Under the pieces are notes generated by a model. That model was given only the letters and a program-made list of their open reading frames with translations. It had not been told where the DNA came from and made no database searches. The position numbers were made by a program, and so were the translations under genes. A DNA stretch of 64,000 bases, from the NCBI GenBank assembly GCA_041654875.1, contig JBAZCP010000004.1, positions 23,795 through 87,794 on the forward strand, written 5' to 3'. This DNA comes from Candidatus Cloacimonadales bacterium (lineage in GTDB: Bacteria > Cloacimonadota > Cloacimonadia > Cloacimonadales > WRIO01). Each line of letters opens with the position of its first letter. Position 1 is the first letter of the stretch. Shown here one piece after another: positions 58,316-64,000 of the stretch.

Positions 58316-58911
58316 CTAAGATAGAAATATTTAAAGAAGCAGCTTTCAAAGAGAACTCTGTATGGCGTCAGGTATTGGGCATCTGTTCTGCTTTAGCTGT
58401 TACAAACTTTATGAAAAATAGCCTAATTATGGGCTTGGGCGTGATGTTTTCTCTTGCACTATCTGGCTTTACTATTTCTTTGATTCGCAATCATACGCCG
58501 CGTAGTGTGAGAATGATGGTACAGACTTTGATTATCGCATCATGGGTCATCATTGTAGATTTGTTTTTAAAAGCATTTATCCCCGATGCCAGCAAGCAAT
58601 TAGGACCTTATGTTGGCTTAATTATTACCAACTGTATCCTGATGGGTCGTGCAGAAGCATTTGCAGCAAAAAATACACCTCTTGATAGTATGGTTGATGG
58701 TATTGGAGCAGGCTTTGGCTACACTTTTGTGCTGCTTATTATCTCATTTGCACGAGAGATTCTTGGCTTTGGCTCTCTCTTTGGATACACTTTCTTAGGC
58801 GATTGGTGGCCTCGCTGGTCAATTATGGCAATGGCTCCCAGTGCTTTCTTTATGCTGGCTATTCTCTTTTGGTATATTCATCAAAAGTATTATATTGAAA
58901 TTAAGAAATAG
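58312..58911 (+). CDS. nqrD: NqrD/RnfE-family membrane subunit
   Basis: VLGICSALAVT and ITNCILMGRAEAFA, with the conserved Cys pair. Confidence 0.85.
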   Translation: MTKIEIFKEAAFKENSVWRQVLGICSALAVTNFMKNSLIMGLGVMFSLALSGFTISLIRNHTPRSVRMMVQTLIIASWVIIVDLFLKAFIPDASKQLGPYVGLIITNCILMGRAEAFAAKNTPLDSMVDGIGAGFGYTFVLLIISFAREILGFGSLFGYTFLGDWWPRWSIMAMAPSAFFMLAILFWYIHQKYYIEIKK

Positions 58912-58919
58912 GAGAAATT

Positions 58920-59510
58920 ATGATAGATGTTCATCCTTTTATAATATTCCTGGCAGCCATCTTTACCTCGAATATACTGCTCAGTAATTTTCTTGGTATG
59001 TGCTCATTTTTGTCTATTTCAAAAGAAGTAGAATCATCTTTAGGGCTGGGAATGGCAGTAGTATTTGTAACAGTTTTGACTGCTGCTGTGAATTATGTGG
59101 TATACTACCAAATTCTCGTACCTTTTGATATTGTATACTTGCAGTATATTATCTTCATCATCGTCATTGCCGCAACTGTCCAGTTGACAGAAATATTCAT
59201 CGAGAGATTCTCTCCCGCTTTGTATTACTCGTTGGGTATATTCTTGCCTTTGATAACTGTGAATTGTGCTATCTTTGGTGTGGCTTTGTTTATGATTATT
59301 AGAAAATATAGCTTTATGCAGACCATAGGTTTTGCTGCTGGTAGTGGTCTTGGCTGGCTTTTGGCAATTATGGCTCTTGCTGGTATTCGCCAACGCATCA
59401 AAGAAAAAATGGTCCCAGCTGGCTTGCAAGGTGCTGGTATAACCCTTATCATCACAGGCATTATGGCTTTGGCATTTGTGGGCTTTTCAGGCTCTGTGAT
59501 TATTCAGTAA
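58920..59510 (+). CDS. nqrE: NqrE/RnfA-family membrane subunit
   Basis: NFLGMCSFLSISK and ITVNCAIFG motifs. Confidence 0.85.
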   Translation: MIDVHPFIIFLAAIFTSNILLSNFLGMCSFLSISKEVESSLGLGMAVVFVTVLTAAVNYVVYYQILVPFDIVYLQYIIFIIVIAATVQLTEIFIERFSPALYYSLGIFLPLITVNCAIFGVALFMIIRKYSFMQTIGFAAGSGLGWLLAIMALAGIRQRIKEKMVPAGLQGAGITLIITGIMALAFVGFSGSVIIQ

Positions 59511-59520
59511 AGGATATCAT

Positions 59521-60615
59521 ATGGAAATATTATATAATATCATAACTGCAACTGTTATCAGCGGTTCACTCTCAATAATACTCGTCGTAGCTGAATATTT
59601 CTTTGCTAATTATGGAGACTGTAAAATCACTGTAAATGATAAAAAAGAGCTTGTTGTTAAAGGTGGAGGTAATCTTCTAAATGCATTAGCAGAAAACAAG
59701 ATATTCATCCCCTCAGCATGCGGTGGCAGAGGCTCGTGCGGCTTTTGTAAAGTGAAAGCACTCGATGGTGCAGGTCCCGTATTGCCCACAGAAAAACCAT
59801 ACCTTTCAGCAAAAGAATTGAATAATAATGTACGTCTTTCTTGTCAAATTAAAGTCAGACAAGATATCAAAATAGAGATACCAGAAGAGCTATTTAATAT
59901 CAAAAAGTTTAAAGCAAAAGTAATTGAAGTAATTGACTATACATACGATATTAAAGGTATTACTTTCCAATTATTAGACCCTGATACTGTTGATTTTAAA
60001 GCTGGGCAATATATGCAACTTGAAACACCTAAATATGAAAAAAGCAAACAGGTAATAAGCCGTGCATACTCAATTTCAAGTATACCCGACAATAAGAATG
60101 CTCTGCAATTTATTATACGTCGCGTACCTGACGGACTGTGTACAACTTGGGTGCATGATTACTTGAAAATGGGCGATATTGTTAATCTTGTGGGACCATT
60201 TGGAGATTTTTACATAAGAGATACAGATACTGATATCATCTATGTAGCAGGTGGTTCTGGCAAGGCACCAATCAAATCAATGGTCGAACATGCAGCGAAG
60301 TATCAAAACCCAAGAAAAATGACTTATTTCTTTGGTGCACGTGCAATGAAAGACTTGTATTTGACTGAAGAATTTCAGGAATATGAAAAAACTATGCCTG
60401 ACTTTACTTATGTTCCTGTGCTCTCATCTCCAGACCCAGAAGATGATTGGAAAGGCAAAACAGGCTTTATTCCACCGTACTTTAAAGATTATATAAGAGA
60501 CCCTTTAAAAACAGAAGCTTATCTTTGTGGTAGCCCTGGTATGATAGCTGCCGTTGAAAAAGAATTAACCAAGCTTGGTGTACCAAATGATAAAATCTAT
60601 TTTGATAGTTTTTAA
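59521..60615 (+). CDS. nqrF: NqrF-like subunit: TM anchor + [2Fe-2S] ferredoxin + FAD/NADH oxidoreductase
   Basis: CGGRGSCGFCKV ... LSCQ (2Fe-2S), RAYSISS (FAD RxYS), GGSGKAPIKS (NAD), CGSPGM. Confidence 0.88.
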   Translation: MEILYNIITATVISGSLSIILVVAEYFFANYGDCKITVNDKKELVVKGGGNLLNALAENKIFIPSACGGRGSCGFCKVKALDGAGPVLPTEKPYLSAKELNNNVRLSCQIKVRQDIKIEIPEELFNIKKFKAKVIEVIDYTYDIKGITFQLLDPDTVDFKAGQYMQLETPKYEKSKQVISRAYSISSIPDNKNALQFIIRRVPDGLCTTWVHDYLKMGDIVNLVGPFGDFYIRDTDTDIIYVAGGSGKAPIKSMVEHAAKYQNPRKMTYFFGARAMKDLYLTEEFQEYEKTMPDFTYVPVLSSPDPEDDWKGKTGFIPPYFKDYIRDPLKTEAYLCGSPGMIAAVEKELTKLGVPNDKIYFDSF

Positions 60616-60639
60616 TCAACTAAATAGTAGGAGAATATT

Positions 60640-61092
60640 ATGAAACTTGGTCCAGAAGAAAAAAGAATTATGGATAAAATGCAACCTGGAATACTTACTG
60701 TTGATGGCTTTTTAGGTAATGATAATCGCAACTTGCATGATATTATACAAGAAGATGCAGAGAAAGTCGAAGCCTTAGGATACACTGCAGAAGATATAGG
60801 CAAGCGTATGCAATACCTCACTGAAAGGTCAAAAGAAGCATATGAAGAACCTATATTGATTGACCAGAAATATCTCGTACAACAAGATATCTGGCGTGGC
60901 AAAGTAGTCTGCCCTTTCCCACACAAAGGGCTGTATGTTAAGGCTGATATACATCTCAAAAACATCGAAAATGGCATTGAAATTAGCTGGACACCACTGA
61001 ACATACATTTCATCGAAGAACACGGATTTTTCGAAGGTAAGGGCTCAAAACATAGATTGGACCCAGAAACTCTAATTAAAGCAATTTACTAA
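60640..61092 (+). CDS. Conserved-looking hypothetical protein (150 aa)
   Basis: Strong AGGAGA SD. Soluble, with CPFPHKG and HFIEEHGFFEGKGS motifs. Family not recognised. Confidence 0.55.
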   Translation: MKLGPEEKRIMDKMQPGILTVDGFLGNDNRNLHDIIQEDAEKVEALGYTAEDIGKRMQYLTERSKEAYEEPILIDQKYLVQQDIWRGKVVCPFPHKGLYVKADIHLKNIENGIEISWTPLNIHFIEEHGFFEGKGSKHRLDPETLIKAIY

Positions 61093-61096
61093 AAAT

Positions 61097-62185
61097 ATGT
61101 TCAAACAATCATGTCAGTTTCAATCAAACTTGATAACTGAACTTGAAATAAGCAATCTTAATGCTTTTGAGCTGATTAACAGAGTATTGTCGATGGATAA
61201 TACTCTGTTCTTGATTGATGAAAATGTCTATCAAATCTATTTTGCAGGATTGCAGATAGATAAGCCTTGTTATATCTTAAAAGCAGAAGAACAGCATAAA
61301 AGCCTGTACCAGAGCCAAGAAATATATAATTTCTTATTAACAAATAATTGCAGCAGAAACCATTATATCGTCGTCTTTGGAGGAGGAATAAGCACAGATA
61401 TTGGCGCTTGGATTGCAAGCACTTTTAAACGTGGCACAAAACTTTTACTAATACCAACAACCCTACTCGCTATGATAGATGCAGCTTTAGGCGGTAAAAC
61501 AGCTCTTAACCATAATGGAATAAAAAACCTGATTGGCAGCTTTTATCCTGCTGATAAGATTATCATCTGCCCGTCATTTCTGCAATCTCTGCCCGCAGAT
61601 GAATATTATAATGGACTGGTAGAATGCCTTAAAACTCTCTTGATTATCCAAGATTTTGATAAAGCAAATAAGTTATTATCTGAAAAAATCATCAATGAAG
61701 ATGATATCTATTTGATTGCCAATACCAAGCTAAGTATATGTGCTAATGACTTATATGATAAGGGTGCACGGCGTTTGCTCAATTTGGGGCATAGCTTTGC
61801 TCATATCATTGAATCTCTCTCTGATAATGCAATACCACACGGGGCAGCTGTTGCGTGGGGTATGCTCTTTGCCTATGAATATAGCTTGAAAAAAAAGATG
61901 TTGGATAAAGAGAAAACTAATCATCTAAAAGATTTGCTCAACAAACTCATCAAAGCCTCTCCCTCACTCTATCAGCACTCTATAATACTCTTTTCTAATA
62001 TCATGTTAGATAAAGCAAAAACACAGATTCATCACCTGATTCTTAATGATAAAAAGAATAATGGCTCGCTCAAACTAATCCTCTTTGATACACAACAAAT
62101 TATTGTCTATCAAGAGGATAATATCGAAGAGGTCGAAATATTCTTTATCAATCAACTAAAAAGCAGATATCAACTTGAAAAGTAA
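61097..62185 (+). CDS. aroB: 3-dehydroquinate synthase
   Basis: FGGGISTDIGAW, DAALGGKTALN and LNLGHSFAH motifs. Confidence 0.85.
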   Translation: MFKQSCQFQSNLITELEISNLNAFELINRVLSMDNTLFLIDENVYQIYFAGLQIDKPCYILKAEEQHKSLYQSQEIYNFLLTNNCSRNHYIVVFGGGISTDIGAWIASTFKRGTKLLLIPTTLLAMIDAALGGKTALNHNGIKNLIGSFYPADKIIICPSFLQSLPADEYYNGLVECLKTLLIIQDFDKANKLLSEKIINEDDIYLIANTKLSICANDLYDKGARRLLNLGHSFAHIIESLSDNAIPHGAAVAWGMLFAYEYSLKKKMLDKEKTNHLKDLLNKLIKASPSLYQHSIILFSNIMLDKAKTQIHHLILNDKKNNGSLKLILFDTQQIIVYQEDNIEEVEIFFINQLKSRYQLEK

Positions 62186-63479
62186 TTCTTTAGCAAAATA
62201 TCTCGGGTTCACTTGCTTTGGTGAAAGTCATGGCAAAGCTATGGGTATTGTCATTGAAGACATAAAGCCCAATATCGAATTTCCATACGAGGCTATCAAT
62301 AACGCTTTGCAAAAGAGACGCCCAAATACCAAATATGGCTCTCAAAGAAGAGAAGAAGATGTATTTCACGTGTTATCTGGTGTTTATGAAGGCAAAACTA
62401 CAGGCTTACCTATCTGCATTTTAGTATATAATAAAGACATTAAATCCAAAGATTATGACAAAATAAAAGAGCTTTTTAGACCTGGTCACGCTGACTTTTC
62501 TTGGTATAAAAAGTTTAAAATCATTGACTGGCGAGGCGGTGGCAGAGCAAGTGGCAGAGAGACAATTTCACGTGTCATAGCAGGTGCTATAGTCGATGAA
62601 TATATCAAGCCGATAGAGATAGATTTGTACCCAATCAAAATAGGTCAAATTAATGCAAATAAGCTTGATAAAAGCTATGCAAACACTAATCCAATGCAAT
62701 GGGCTGATAATTCTAATTACGATGAATTAATCGCTTATTTGGATGATATTCAGGCTCAAGGAGATAGTGTTGGGGCTGTCGTCTATGGCGAGATTAAAAA
62801 CATCACAGCTGGACTTGGTGACCCCGTATTTGACAAGCTCGATGCAAATCTTGCAAAGGCGATTATGTCTATTGGCGCAATCAAAGGAATTGAGTTTGGC
62901 GATGGCTTTGCTCTCGCTTCTATGCTTGGTTCAGAGGCAAATGACCAGATGAATAGTAATGGCTTTCTCACCAATCATCAGGGAGGTATTTTGGGAGGTG
63001 TTTCCACAGGCTCATCTATTTGCTTTAAGATTGCTATCAAGCCTGTCCCCTCTATCAGTAAGCCCCAAAAAACTGTAAATATCAATAATAACGAGACAGA
63101 AATTGAAATAATAGGCAGGCATGATACATGCCTGATTCCACGCATCTTACCTGTTATTAAGTCGATGATTAAGCTCTGTTTGGCTGATGCAATCGCCTAT
63201 CAAAAGCTCATAGAAGGCGAAAATCAAAGCTTGATTGACTATCGAGAAGCAATTGATAAGATTGACGAAGACATACTATTAGCATTAGTTAGACGGATGA
63301 AAATCAGCGAACAGATAGGCATATATAAGAAGCAGGCTCATTTAGCAATTGAGAATAAAGAACGTGAGCAAGAGCTATTCAACGCTTTGGAATCAAAAGC
63401 AAGCCTATTAGGTTTGGAAAAAGAATTTGTCAAGTCTATCTGGACAAAGATAATAGCTGAATCAAAGAGACATCAATGA
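62175..63479 (+). CDS. aroC: Chorismate synthase fused to a C-terminal AroQ-type chorismate mutase domain
   Basis: FGESHG, RPGHADF, GGGRASGRET and GRHDTC (AroC). The last roughly 85 aa, REAIDKIDEDILLALVRRMKISEQIGIYK...ENKEREQEL, resemble CM type II. TTG start overlaps the aroB end. Confidence 0.85.
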   Translation: MKSNSLAKYLGFTCFGESHGKAMGIVIEDIKPNIEFPYEAINNALQKRRPNTKYGSQRREEDVFHVLSGVYEGKTTGLPICILVYNKDIKSKDYDKIKELFRPGHADFSWYKKFKIIDWRGGGRASGRETISRVIAGAIVDEYIKPIEIDLYPIKIGQINANKLDKSYANTNPMQWADNSNYDELIAYLDDIQAQGDSVGAVVYGEIKNITAGLGDPVFDKLDANLAKAIMSIGAIKGIEFGDGFALASMLGSEANDQMNSNGFLTNHQGGILGGVSTGSSICFKIAIKPVPSISKPQKTVNINNNETEIEIIGRHDTCLIPRILPVIKSMIKLCLADAIAYQKLIEGENQSLIDYREAIDKIDEDILLALVRRMKISEQIGIYKKQAHLAIENKEREQELFNALESKASLLGLEKEFVKSIWTKIIAESKRHQ

Positions 63480-64000
63480 ATGTTATCTGCTTACCTGCCA
63501 GCTATCCATATAAAATCACACTCAAAGATGATGAGTATATTGAATACAGGCTTGACTTGCAAGAACATCAGGGCAAGACAAATCATCTATTAATCAACAA
63601 TAAAACAATAATAACCTGGCGTACTGATACAGCTGAGCCTTATCAGAAGAAGATAGACTTATTTACCCAGCTTGTACAGGGTTTTAATTGCCTTGTTGAC
63701 ATAGAGTTGGAGAACTATCGCTTCTATCAGCATCTGTTTTATAATATGATTCTGTCAACCCACCTTGATAAATTTGATATTAATGCATTAAAGAGGGTAA
63801 AAGAATGCTTTGAAGCTCGAGAATCTAAGTATTATAAGTTGGCTATTAAGATTGATAAATATGCTGATTTAATCAGCCTGCGAGCATTATTCCAAGACTT
63901 TCAAAAGCCAATCTTTATCATGTCCACAGGCAAGCTCTCAATCATCTCACGGATTTTATATAATTATCTCAATTCACACGGTGCATATATGGGTATAAAT
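63476..64000 (+). CDS. aroD: Type I 3-dehydroquinate dehydratase-like, partial (runs off the window)
   Basis: The ATG overlaps the aroC stop. Manual translation MNVICLPAS...VDIELEN...IFIMSTGKLSIISRILY...GAYMG resembles AroD type I (MG..G..SR). Confidence 0.6.
   Translation, partial: MNVICLPASYPYKITLKDDEYIEYRLDLQEHQGKTNHLLINNKTIITWRTDTAEPYQKKIDLFTQLVQGFNCLVDIELENYRFYQHLFYNMILSTHLDKFDINALKRVKECFEARESKYYKLAIKIDKYADLISLRALFQDFQKPIFIMSTGKLSIISRILYNYLNSHGAYMGIN

Overview
This is an AT-rich bacterial chromosomal window. Envelope genes are of the Gram-negative type (lpxH), and two large secreted proteins end in T9SS-type C-terminal sorting domains. That is compatible with an FCB-group or candidate-phylum lineage such as Cloacimonadota, but this is inference and I cannot identify the organism.

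Layout:
- 1-32.5 kb: mostly minus-strand housekeeping, sensory and envelope genes. These include a response regulator, PHP phosphoesterase, AMP-ligase, lpxH, an orphan nuoE/nuoF-like pair, serS, tpiA, a hutI-like gene, a YibQ-like deacetylase, an M14-like and a C25-like T9SS cargo pair, an MscS channel, a hybrid histidine kinase, rdgB, valS, a NudC-like Nudix protein and an FGE/SUMF1-domain protein.
- 32.5-35.1 kb: a repeat-rich, almost ORF-free accessory island. It holds a small GIY-YIG nuclease gene and a truncated second copy of that gene's 5' end. It also holds two about 95 percent identical copies of a promoter + roughly 105-nt RNA + intrinsic-terminator module, plus an inverted 49/63-bp repeat family with a perfect 26-bp palindrome.
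- 35.1-52.1 kb: a complete plus-strand dcw cluster in the order mraZ, rsmH, ftsL, ftsI, murE-murF fusion, mraY, murD, ftsW, murG, murC, murB, ftsQ, ftsA, ftsZ.
- 52.1-64 kb: an 11-bp-phased GTAGTAGG palindromic array, then rmuC, a PP-loop ATPase, an MBL hydrolase and a nitroreductase. These are followed by an nqrBCDEF-like operon with no nqrA, and then aroB, an aroC-chorismate mutase fusion and a partial aroD.

I recognised no rRNA genes, tRNA genes, CRISPR arrays or transposases. The best candidates for something undescribed are the duplicated small-RNA modules and inverted repeats next to the GIY-YIG gene, and the A-less NQR/RNF hybrid operon. All functional calls rest on motif recognition by eye, without database searches.
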